Shown: piece by piece, positions 39,114-49,867 of the stretch | How positions within the stretch are numbered: the first letter of the stretch is position 1 | How the letters are laid out: the number at the start of each line of letters is the position of its first letter | NCBI GenBank assembly: GCA_964019425.1 | Contig: OZ025797.1 | Location: forward strand, 992,001 to 1,056,000 | DNA length: 64,000 bases | Direction of reading: 5' to 3' | DNA from: Flectonema sp. DT1601 | Taxonomy: Eukaryota | Translations under genes and position numbers: made by a program | The notes under the pieces: model-generated | Database searches by the model: none | What the model saw: only the letters and a program-made list of their open reading frames with translations | Told to the model about the DNA's origin: nothing

Positions 39114-40834
39114 GAACTACTTTAGTTAGAATTGAAGACTACTTAACAAGACTCGTAATTAACCAATCCAAGACACACACTAGTTCTCATTAAATAGAAC
39201 TCAAGTCACGTCCTCAACTATTGTGAAATACCTGTTGACAGAAGCAGATGATTTGATAATAATCTTTAAAAAGAAACCCTTCGAAGAAACAAAAACAAGA
39301 TAAGACACAACAAGTGTGTATTTGAGATAGAAAATTGAGGATAAAATAAACGACTTAACGAGATGCTTGAAGTCTGTATGAAGTTATACCCATCAGAGAT
39401 AAGCACCTCAGATCCTAATCATATCCGTGTTTTGGTAGGTCAAAAAAGTCCTGAGAGAAGAGAGAGATTCGGGATCACACTCTTCAGTAACAACGTAGGG
39501 CGAATACGTGTGTCTAAAAACAGAGAGTTCAGTAAGATAGCGTGTCCACACATACCACCCAATATTTGTATTAGGATAAAACTAGGTTTAAAAAATGAAT
39601 CCCGAAGAGGGAATAAACAACTCATATGGTTTTACCATAACAAGAAAAGAGGACGAGGAGTGGTCCTTAACATAGGTCGAATACGTGACTACGAAGAGGG
39701 GGTTCAGTAAGGTAGCGAGTCCATAAAACCCCTCTGGTAAAATACCGAAGGGGGAATAAAAGAAATAAATTATATAGGTTTACTACAATAATAACAAAAC
39801 AAAAAGGAGAGGAGGAAAGAAGACGGAATAATTTCCAAAAGTTCCCTAAATGGGAATAAGACAAATAATTAACACATGCACGCTGTCAGCAACTAATAAG
39901 ACAAATTTTACTATTTTTTTAATTTTTTTTTAAAAAAGCTAGCAGTTTATAAACTTAGGCGACTAGAGAAGATAAAAAATAAGAATATTTAAAAAAAAAA
40001 AAAAAGAAATTCCACATAATTTTTTTGTGAAATCCGACATTTCAGTAACATGTGCGTGGATTTATTATTAATTTGTTTTAATAAAATATAGACATTAGGG
40101 GTTTGCGGGTTTGCCCAAAATAATGAAAAAAAAACTTTCACTCAGCGAATGTGATCAGCACAATTGACAGCCGCATACCTACACTTAAATTGTTTTTTAA
40201 GAAAAATCAACAAAGAAATAGAAAATTTAACTCATAGTCGAAAAATAAGTCTTTCTATGTCTAACCTTCCTTTATATGAGAGACAGTAATATCGGAATAA
40301 AATAGGGAGGATGCCACACAATGTCCTTCCACCTCTTATAAAAACAAAGTCATGGTAGCACAGTCAACAAGGATCGATCTCAAATCGACGGAAACCACAA
40401 TTAAGCCACAGTCGAACACCATTTAAGGAATCAAGAACCTGTAAATCAATACGAAAAAGAAAAAGAAAAGATAAATCGGAAAAGCATTTTTGCAGAGGTA
40501 AGGGAAGCCAGAAAAATGAAATATCAGAGTAAAACATAACACAAAACCCTCCTCACAGATAGCGTCTAGTAAAATGATTATTTAAACTTGGAAGTCAAGA
40601 ATGTTGAGATCACAACTACAGCACAAAAAGAGTTGAGGGGAAAAAGCGAAGACTACGATTTCTATCTATAGAATCAACAAAAAAAAAAAAAAAATGGAAA
40701 ACGATTTTTCGTTTTCCGTTGAAAACAATTTCAAGAACACAACGGAAGTATCGATTGTCATTATTGACTAACGCACGTTGTTGTGTGTTTTCCAGCTGTA
40801 TAAAAACACGGATGCGAGTTTCCGCTAAGCCCCT

Positions 40835-41326
40835 TTACGCACCGTTGCGCTCGAAGATTTCCCTCAGATTTGAATCGGAGCCATCAGAAGATACATCTGA
40901 GGGCACACTGGCTATAATAGATACTGACATTGGAGTAATACAATAAGGTGTTGTACTTCCGTAAGTTTTCACACGAGGAGCTTCCAAAATGATTGGTTTT
41001 GCTCTGTTCTGACCCACAGTCACCACTACACAAATTAACAGAGACAGAACCCCCACGAATAAAAACGGCAATCCCAATGACTCGTTTGTGAGTTCACTTG
41101 TTGAAGCAGTGCTGTCTTCTCCCCTTACCGAGCATCCGATATTTTTTATATGACAACAGTGTGCTTGTTGTGCTTCAGACCATTGTTCTTGATCTTTACC
41201 ATCGCAGTTGTAGTTGCAGCCGATGTTTTGTTTTGAACAACACCAATTCTGATGTTCTGTTGTCCACTTTGAAATATCTGGAGAACTGCAATCGTAAGAA
41301 TCCGATTGGGTAGACTGCACAGTCAT
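40835..41326 (-). CDS. Divergent terminal copy of the Cys-rich membrane protein
   Basis: Ectodomain nearly identical to the array copies; TM and tail diverged. Homology starts at the AG acceptor (acag|ygaattcttcg). Confidence 0.8.
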   Translation of the reverse strand: MTVQSTQSDSYDCSSPDISKWTTEHQNWCCSKQNIGCNYNCDGKDQEQWSEAQQAHCCHIKNIGCSVRGEDSTASTSELTNESLGLPFLFVGVLSLLICVVVTVGQNRAKPIILEAPRVKTYGSTTPYCITPMSVSIIASVPSDVSSDGSDSNLREIFERNGA

Positions 41327-41568
41327 AGTTTCGAAGAATTCACTGTGTGTGGGGATGAGATGGGATAATAAACAAGACCGGTACTACAGTATTTATTTAA
41401 CTAACCTTCTATCAACACATCTTCAATACCAGTCCCGATACGTTCATTAATTCTAATAAAGTACCATGTGAAGAGAAGGTAGCGTACATCTAACATGTCT
41501 GTCAACTACACAGACAGACATGACTAGTTCGAATTGATAACAATAGATGATACAATACAAGTATATAA

Positions 41569-42848
41569 TTATGAGGTATTAGACTTGTCCTTGTCAGTCG
41601 TATCTATTGAAGTATCATCCATCAAAGTTCTTATTATGTTAACGGCAGATGTTGCCGCACCTCCTAATTGAGATGCGTCATTCGGTGTTGAAAATTTAGA
41701 ATTGTTCAACAGAGAAACTCTACTCAAACCATCTGCATGATCTCTAAGTACTGAGAGATGAACTGGTGGTACGGATGTTTCTTTTCCAGCCCACCCATCA
41801 AGAGAAGACAACTCATGAACAGATAACGTTGCCTCTAATAAATCATTACTTCCATGTCTACTGTTATGTAGTCCTCCTATGTCAGCTGATGACCCTTCCG
41901 ATTCCACACCAACTGGACTTATACTTCGAGGAGGCATTTCATCTCGTGGACTGTGAGTACCAGTACCAGTAGGAGGAGCAACAATATCTGGCATCTTGAA
42001 TTTAAAAGTCGTATAATTTGGATATATTAAATGACTCTGTAAACGTCTTCTAGCGATACTCTGTAATTGAGTGTTTTAAGGAGATTAATAGAACTACAAC
42101 AACAAAACAAACAAAAAGAACATACCGCAAGGATTGAAGTAATCACTTGAGAATCACATATAACATGCCGGGCTCCAATCTCTGTTCGCAGTCTCACTGA
42201 TACGTCCGGAACGTTAGCTAGAGAAATCTTTACAGATGATTTACTTGACGGGAATCGAAGAGATTTTGATGGGTCTGACATACTTGCAGTTGGTCCCAGA
42301 GTTTGTTCATTGTGATCCCACTCTACTTTAATTCTAAGTTGAACATCAGCCCTGTCAATACCAACTTTTATTGGAAACATTGAAGTTCCCAATAAAGGTA
42401 ATTGAACAGGATATTCTAAGCTGAATGAGGAACTAAAAGAACCTTGATAAAATACATCAACTAGTAACACAGTTTTATTGGATTCTGTTCGGCATTCAAT
42501 TCCACACAATTGCGGAGGTGTAGTTCCAATGTTGATGTCGTGTAGTTCAAACTTACCACCAGATAGGTGCATAAATCTGTTTGTCGCTTCGGTAATTAAC
42601 CCTCCGAGCTCGCTTGATTGAATTCCTACTACGTTTGCTTCAAAATACTTTCTGACAATAACTTGCAACCAATCACACGATTCCATTTCACCCCTTGCTT
42701 CCCTTCTGTCAGGTGTTATCCTAAACACTGGCACATCCGTGCTTTTTTGAAACACAAAGAATCGAACAAACAACAGTATTACAACCCATGCTACAGAACT
42801 TACCCCCAGGTAGAATAAAAGCTCTATCGAAGCCGCGCTCGTTAACAT
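41569..42848 (-). CDS. N-terminally anchored SMP/TULIP-domain lipid-transfer protein (Mmm1/PDZD8-like)
   Basis: N-terminal TM, ESCDWLQ, LHDINIGTTPP and VDVFYQG motifs. A 65-nt GT..AG intron at 42061-42125 joins to ..LIYPNY..FKMPDIV in frame. Confidence 0.75.
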
Positions 42849-42979
42849 CTTAGCATTAAGATAGGGGGAAGTTCTTTATTTTCTTTGAGATGGAATAAGA
42901 AGAAATAAAAAAAAAAACAGTTCATCAATTCTTTTTACAGAAATCATTATAGAGAAAGATACAGATTGATGATATTATA

Positions 42980-44467
42980 TTAGTCTTCAGTTAATATTTT
43001 AATTGCGAGTTTGGCATCTTCAGAAGTCAATCCAATTTCGGGGTTTGTTTGAATCCAGCGGCTTCGAACTACGTCGATCATCATTCCTTGTCTGGACCCA
43101 ATTAAGTCTTCGTCATCTAAAATGACCCATTCGTCGATTTCTTCACCATGTTCTTGGACATAACGAAGGATTTGACCAGCCCTGCCAGAACTATCCTCGA
43201 GAACTGTTGTCCATTCAGTAAAAGGAGTGATGTTGTGTTCAATAAGTGCTGATGTTAGTCTCTGTCGAGAAGGCTCAAACATCCTCCAGGAACTACTCAG
43301 AACTAACTCAGCATTGGTAGCAGAGATAATACTTTTTAACGATGACATGCACTCACTTTTAAAACAATGACTTGTGTCACTTGTTCCATCTTTAAGAGCG
43401 ACGATCAAAGGATGGCAAACACCATCTACGTCTAAGAAGATTATTTTCTTTTTAGCTGATGCCTTTGAGTTCGTTTCATATGTTGGTTTTGATAGGTTTT
43501 CTAATATCGGTGAATTCAGTTCTTCTAAAGCAGAATAAAAACTTAAACCCATTTCATGATGCAATGATGTAATTCGATCCCAAAGTTGTGGTAGTTGGTA
43601 CTGAGGAAGACTATTTTGAGTGTACGCGATAGTAGCATGATCGATATTTAGAACAGCATGCCACCATCCACTAGGAACCCAAATGGTGTCACCAGGCTGT
43701 TGGATGCATTCGAACAAAGAAAGCTCACCTGATTGAGAGAGTAGTCTTAACTTAGGAAGAATATCTATCCACCACACTGCTGCTGCTTCTCCATCTTTAC
43801 TGATTTGGAGTACTTCTTCTGGTGTTGATGGAGGGAATAAAACCCATCTTTTACGACCTGATAGAAGCGTATTAAAAGCTGATGTGTATTTAGGATCGAC
43901 GTGTACCTTTGCTCCGGTTCGTTTACCTCCGACTACCATGTAACGATAAACTGGGAAATAATGTCTAAACGACGGCTTCAATGTGTACATGTCATCCTCA
44001 AATAAGGATGGCAATTGTACATCTTTTAGTAGGGCTTGACGATCTTCAAGAAAATCATCTCCAAAACAATACCAAGGTGAATCAACATCGTTATCTTGAG
44101 CGTAAGATAGATACTCGTTGAAAGTTTGTCTTAGTGGAAGGGGTTTCCCCATTCCATTTCCCGGACACATTTCTGTTAATTTGAATAAAACGTCTCCATG
44201 GTGTCTGCAAAACTCCTCTTTCGTCGACCATTTTTCCTTCGCAACCCACTCATTAGCCAACCCAGTAATCATGCATGGTTTGTCCTTATAGTTGTTTTCG
44301 AAATCATTTTTTTCTATATCACTTGTAACGTAGTCAATACAAGGGATGTTTTCCGCCATTTCTCCTTTTTCGAGTTGTATTAGTTGCTTGCATTCCGATA
44401 GTTTTTTATCTCTGTGATTATGTCCAGGGTGATTGTTGAGGTAGTCCTTAACATCGTGGGTGTTCAT
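42980..44467 (-). CDS. JmjC (JMJD6-like) oxygenase fused to a C-terminal HAD phosphatase-like domain
   Basis: HVD..TSAFN.LLSGRKRWVLFPP and QQPGDTIWVPSGWWHAVLN, followed by FLDVDGV, LVLSSSWR and WVILDD. The ORF extends to 44569; the likely start is MNTHD. Confidence 0.85.
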   Translation of the reverse strand: MNTHDVKDYLNNHPGHNHRDKKLSECKQLIQLEKGEMAENIPCIDYVTSDIEKNDFENNYKDKPCMITGLANEWVAKEKWSTKEEFCRHHGDVLFKLTEMCPGNGMGKPLPLRQTFNEYLSYAQDNDVDSPWYCFGDDFLEDRQALLKDVQLPSLFEDDMYTLKPSFRHYFPVYRYMVVGGKRTGAKVHVDPKYTSAFNTLLSGRKRWVLFPPSTPEEVLQISKDGEAAAVWWIDILPKLRLLSQSGELSLFECIQQPGDTIWVPSGWWHAVLNIDHATIAYTQNSLPQYQLPQLWDRITSLHHEMGLSFYSALEELNSPILENLSKPTYETNSKASAKKKIIFLDVDGVCHPLIVALKDGTSDTSHCFKSECMSSLKSIISATNAELVLSSSWRMFEPSRQRLTSALIEHNITPFTEWTTVLEDSSGRAGQILRYVQEHGEEIDEWVILDDEDLIGSRQGMMIDVVRSRWIQTNPEIGLTSEDAKLAIKILTED

Positions 44468-44857
44468 TTTTATTATGAGGTGCTGGTTAGTGAGATAATG
44501 TAATCGTTCTAGTTCTCTTTCTTCTTTTTTTTTCTTTCTTTTCTTAATCTCAATTAAGTGATTCATCACACGCTGTACACCTGCAGAGATAGATTGCGTA
44601 AGGGACAGGATCTCGTTTTCGATTTACAACAACTTTGCTATTTATGACTTCATCCTAACAGAATGAGTCATAGATAGTGAGAAGCGTTACAAATCGCACA
44701 CTGAAGTCAAACTTTTTTTTTTTTTTTTTTGAAAACTAACCTGAACCTTAAAATTATTGCGTGTGTAGACTGCTGTTGCAACTTTACACCCACAAGATAC
44801 ATAACAGAATGGGACAACAAAAAAGAAAAGATAACAAACGTCTAAACAATATGTCGG

Positions 44858-47273
44858 CTACGTAGTGACGAGTGATGCAACGCTGGCTTTCAAATGCGAT
44901 AGTCTCACCCATTCTTCCTGAAGAATCTTAATGTCCTTTACTGTTGCTGAGGATAGCGAGGAAGGTAATTTATCTGAAGGAGCTGAATCTGATAAAATAT
45001 CCTTCAGAGACGACAATAGAACGGAACTTTCATCCTGTCCGTTGTCAGGCATTAATAGTGATGTACCATCAGGCTGTGTTTTTTTTTTTTTTTTTTTGGA
45101 TGAAGAAGAAAAAAAAACATTAAAAAAAGAAACAAACGGTGTAAGTAGCATACCCTGCATGTAAGCGTCATTCCAAGCCGATTTTTTTCATCCCATCCGT
45201 CTTCCTGATCTATTGACACTGTTATTGGTTATTGGTTATTGGTTATTGGTTATTGGTTATTGGTTATTGGTTATTGGTTATTGGTTATTGGTTATTGGTT
45301 ATTGGTTATTGGTTATTGGTTATTGGTTATTGGTTATTGGTTATTGGTTATTGGTTATTGGTTATTGGTTATTGGTTATTGGTTATTGGTTATTGGTTAT
45401 TGGTTATTGGTTATTGGTTATTGGTTATTATTGTTTTTTTCTTAATCTTTTTAAGTACACACCGTTTGAAAAGTCTGGAAGTGGAATATCAGCGAGTCCC
45501 TCATTTATGGTGTCCAACTGCGACTGTGAAATTCGAAGAGAACTCGCATCAGCATTTTCCCAAAAATGGATAGCCGATTGCAACGTACAGAAGTAATATC
45601 CGGCCTCTGATGACATTTTCGCAGAGTTTCGGTAGTTTTCTATAAAGTTCGTATTGCTGTGAAGCTGTTTAGCATTTGCCTTCCCTACTAATAATATCAA
45701 ACACGGTAAAAAGTCGTCTGCTCCCATCGCCTTACCCGGATCTAAGAAGTGAAGTGCTGAAAAAATCAACTTGCAACTGTTTGCAATGCAAATCAATTTA
45801 TCACGTGGGTTTTTATATTCATTTAGTTTGTTTAATTCTTCAACGGCTTCTTTCCATGCAACGTGTTCCAAGATTGCAGGTTTCACATCGAGATTCTGGG
45901 GTTCAATGAACTTGAAAGACTCGAGACGTTTTTCCAAAGCTTCATCGCTGTGTTGTTATTTGTTTGTTTGTTTTAAAAGAAAAACGAGAGGTATTGAAGA
46001 CGGACGTCAGTTGTTTTTGTGTGAAAAAACGGATGCAAACAATTATAAGCTTCGACTCCACAAGATGTAAAGAGTTGTCATCTTTCTTATAAAGATTTAG
46101 TCATGTCTGGTCCCTCGCATTCGATCTTTAAAAAGGAAGTTAATAAAAAAGAGAATATCTTCAAGGTATTCTGAAGCTCATGTTAGAGTGCTTGTTATAT
46201 GCGGCACAGCAGTAGTCTCTTGTGGAAGAGGGAAGCAGAAATGGTTATTTTCTCTTTTTTCAAAAACATAATAGTACTACAAACCTTTTACGATCTTCTT
46301 CTGTTCCGAAAGTCTTATGGAATACTTTAGTTAGAATGTACTTTTCAAGACCTTCTTGAGCGAAATCCATCTCCTGAGCAGAGGCACCTTTCCAAACAGG
46401 ATTCTCAGATATTTCCTCAAACATCTGAAGCAGAAAATTTTGAACTTTTTTCGGAAGCTCAGTCGGATCCTCAGGTGTCGGAGAGGTGTTGATTTCAGCT
46501 ACGAAGTGTTTCAACTTTGAATGGATGCCGGCAGCCTTTTGATGTCTCATCTTTTCAGCAAAGTCACGAAATCGGAATTTTGGAGGTGGCTTTGGTGCAG
46601 ACTTTGGTGAGCGAGATCCACTACTTGAACTCGTTCCAACCTGCTGGCTGTTACTTGGTGTTGGTGGAAGTGAAGATGAAGAAGGTTGAAGAGGAGTAGA
46701 AGATTGGACTCGAGGTTCTTGTTGTTTCTCAGAGTGCCATCCAATACTTTCAAGAGGATCACTCCGAACCCACTTTGCTCGAATAGCATCAGCCACTAAA
46801 TAAATTGGAATAGTGAAACCATCTGTTGGGTCAATCTCTAATTCAGTTTGTCGAAGGATTTGAATAACCTGCTGACTACTTGAAGGCGTGACTGGTGATT
46901 CAATATCGACAGGTGTTGGTCCTAACGGAGTCGGTGTAGTTAGCCCACCTTCATCTGCAGGTATTTCTAATATAATATTATCACACACAGTTGGATCATT
47001 ATTCTCTGACTTACTAGCTGCTAAGTGTCCAACTATTCCATTTAGAGTTGCGAAACTACTATCGGACAGTTCAACACTATTGAATATGATCGTATGAGTT
47101 CGTAAGAAATCATTACTAATAACTCCCAAACCTAACTCATCAAGAATCACTGACTGAGGCACCATTACAGCCCATCGTGATGCGTTGACTTTTCGAAGAG
47201 TAGCCCCCAACGACGTTCCCTTCATCGCTTGTACAAACAGATTCGTTGTTTTTTCATATTCTACGAATCCCAT
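44858..47273 (-). CDS. VPS9-domain Rab5 GEF (Rabex-5/Vps9-like), 4 exons
   Basis: EGLEKYILTK, KNPRDKL.CI, GADDFLP and EAGYY motifs. In-frame GT..AG introns at 45948-46284, 45219-45462 and 45074-45153. Confidence 0.9.
45221..45429. repeat. (GTTATTG)n heptamer minisatellite, ~30 copies, intronic
   Basis: Perfect 7-bp periodicity inside VPS9 intron 45219-45462. Confidence 0.97.
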
Positions 47274-47706
47274 GATGTTTTCTAATCAAATAAAGATGAT
47301 TAATACTTTTGTGAGAATATAAATAAAATGAACAACAAAACTTCAGCCTGATAACATCGATACTTGTCTATAGCAGATGTCAGCTGTCCGTTTATGTAGT
47401 CACTCGAATCGACTGCAGTCTTTACTCAGTGAAAGACTTATTAAAATAAAACAAAAAACAAAAAGTAGAAGAGAATGAAAAAAAAAACAGAAAATGCGAC
47501 ACTTTTGGATTTTCGAACTAGGAAAGGACAGAGAGAACAGTTTGCTGGGGTTCACGCTGTTTTAAAAGACGCGACGATTAATATCGTAGGAATGGAATTA
47601 AATAATTATTGAGAAGTTGAAGACTGTTCCATCCCATACAATGGTATCCCGTATTCCTTTGCGTCTCCGACAGCTCAATGCAAATACAGCTGAGTGCTTA
47701 GGAACT

Positions 47707-48273
47707 TTATAGGTCTTCTTCTTCTTTCTTGCCTTCCTTTTCTAATTCACCCATTAATTCCCACAAGAGTTTGTGAGTTGGGTGACCTTTTGGCGCCATA
47801 TCAATAGCAGTGTGACCACCCTTTGAAGGTGTATCATAAGGAACACCATTGTCAAGAAATACTTGAAGGGTATCAGCATGACGCTGTTCCTTTCCCCATG
47901 ATGCTCTGTGAATTGGTTGAAATCCGTCTGAATGAACATCTTGAGGATCAAGTCCATGATCGATTAACATCTTTGCAATATGAGGACGTCCTTGGAAGGC
48001 GGCTCCGTGCATCGGTGTGTACCCGTCTTGTTCTCCAATAGTAACATCAGCATTATGCTCTAGTGCTAACTTTACACAGGCTTTACATCCACCTAGAACA
48101 CTATGCATTAGGACGGTTTGCTTACCAGGTCCTATTTCATTGATGTCTGCACCTTCTTCTTTGAGAAGTCTTTTTAATTCATCAATCTCACCAGCTCTAA
48201 CAGCCTTGTGAAGATCTCCAGCAGTGTAGTCTCCAAGTGCTGCTACGAGAACAAGTCCTACGGTTGAAAACAT
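47707..48273 (-). CDS. Ankyrin-repeat protein with signal peptide and C-terminal EEDL
   Basis: LHKAVRAG, GYTPMHGAAFQG and GFQPIHRASWG repeats; hydrophobic N-terminus. Confidence 0.88.
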   Translation of the reverse strand: MFSTVGLVLVAALGDYTAGDLHKAVRAGEIDELKRLLKEEGADINEIGPGKQTVLMHSVLGGCKACVKLALEHNADVTIGEQDGYTPMHGAAFQGRPHIAKMLIDHGLDPQDVHSDGFQPIHRASWGKEQRHADTLQVFLDNGVPYDTPSKGGHTAIDMAPKGHPTHKLLWELMGELEKEGKKEEEDL

Positions 48274-48644
48274 TTTTACTTGTGTGTCTGTACCCAGATA
48301 GACTTGTTATTTTTATTTTACAACACCACATAGATAATCACAAATAGATTCAACGCAGTACTGTAGAGATCAGGAGTGTAGTAGCACTCAAGTCTCATTA
48401 CAAAGTCAACAGCACAGATGAATTGAACTTTACTTTACAACCTTTGAACTGGTTCAATTGATAAGGTGCCGCCTTCGCTGAAATATTTCAACGAGTGCAG
48501 GTCGCAACCTGACCTTCAAACAGAATAAACAACAAAAGTTACACTATTCTGTAATACGAGCAATACTACTCTGAAGTATGAACTCCCTTAAAACATTACT
48601 CGAAAGGCTTAGAGATATGTCAGACATATGTAAGACAAGTAGGG

Positions 48645-49406
48645 TTATGCTTTAGATACTTCTGTAGTCTCCTTCTCTGTTGCATTCTTATCGTGGTACG
48701 TTTTGATAATTGTAATCCGCATCACTAAATCTCTTATTTCCCTATCAACAAGTAACTGTTGTTGTTCTGATGGAAGGTGACGTTTAACAACCATCTTATT
48801 GCGAGTGATGAATAATTCTTGGCGATAAAGCTCATAGTCAAGTAGCTGCTGAACTACCTGATTATTAAACTTCCCACCATCAAGCATCTTGGCTAAGTAG
48901 TAATTAGGAGGAGGCTGGGTCATAACAAGTCTGTCTGTGGCGTACATCATCACTGGAAGTGAACTAAACGACATTACAAAAGCTCGTCTCAGAGTTGCTG
49001 GTTGTCTTACTCTAGCTCCAATGACAAGAGCACCAAGAGCTGCACTTACTGTCATTATTATTCTGGAACAGTTGCGTTCAATTCTTTGACTTCCATGAGA
49101 AGCTTCCAATATACGTTCGGCTACTAACAGTTTTTTAACTTCATACGGTGTGTCTTTCAAATAGTCACAATCAACTAATATTGTATTATCACCCCACGAA
49201 GATGGAGGCATGCCTTGACCGTGTAATTCATACACTTTGGGTGCATCTTTTTCAATAAGATTGGCTGCGTCTTTAACCAAATCATGACACTCCTCTGTGG
49301 TCTCAATCAACCCGTGTGAAATACTCGAAAAAGCTCTACTACTTCTGTTTTTAAGATTCTGCATTCCACCAGGGAATTGAGAAGAAATAAAAGTTGATAA
49401 TAACAT
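48645..49406 (-). CDS. Hypothetical membrane protein
   Basis: 253-aa ORF with two hydrophobic segments, co-oriented with neighbours. Confidence 0.65.
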   Translation of the reverse strand: MLLSTFISSQFPGGMQNLKNRSSRAFSSISHGLIETTEECHDLVKDAANLIEKDAPKVYELHGQGMPPSSWGDNTILVDCDYLKDTPYEVKKLLVAERILEASHGSQRIERNCSRIIMTVSAALGALVIGARVRQPATLRRAFVMSFSSLPVMMYATDRLVMTQPPPNYYLAKMLDGGKFNNQVVQQLLDYELYRQELFITRNKMVVKRHLPSEQQQLLVDREIRDLVMRITIIKTYHDKNATEKETTEVSKA

Positions 49407-49867
49407 TTTTTTTTTTTTTTTTTTTTGTGTAGTCAGAGAGGGCTACCTGTTTTTTTTTTTTTTTTGTAAGAATTATTCACATACAATGTCTTCATAAGTA
49501 AGGTTATTACACATAACAACAGACATGTCGGGTCAACCTGCATTATCAATAAATAAAGTTAGCTCGTGAGTTGTCCATTTACGTTATACCACTATATCAA
49601 TATTTTTTTCTTTTTCTCCCCCTTTTTTTTTTTTTTTTGTCGACACGAGTAAGAAAACAGACCCGTATTGTCACAATAATAAGAAGAATCTAACAAGAAG
49701 GGGAAGGGGGGAGTAACTTGATAACTTGGCTAATCAATAATCAACGTGAAGACCAGCGGTTGTGTTTGTATCTATGTTTGTTTCATCAGTTTTGCAGTTT
49801 TTTTTTTTTTAAAAAAACCAACAAGCATAATATCTACTATAGCAAACCGCACGCTTGCGTGAAGTCT

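Larger units (their letters stand above)
8800..41342. repeat. Tandem array of ~3-4 kb units (spacer plus Cys-rich membrane protein gene)
   Basis: The block 'acacac..gttctcattaaatagaactcaagtcacgtcc' recurs at about 8800, 12790, 16235, 19372, 23250, 29600, 32337, 35510 and 39172. The last spacer (39360-40830) is a diverged homolog. Confidence 0.95.

Noticed and set aside
8800..41342. CRISPR, prophage or other prokaryotic system
   Set aside because: Eukaryotic genes with spliceosomal introns; no repeat-spacer array or cas-like ORF.
41452..41466. Spliced-leader-like GTACTTTATT
   Set aside because: Only ~10 nt of similarity; the rest of the SL exon is absent.
45213..45596. ORFs with LLVIGYW repeats; telomere-like or CRISPR reading
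   Set aside because: These are translations of an intronic 7-bp minisatellite. There are no spacers, and the repeat is internal and not TTAGGG-type.
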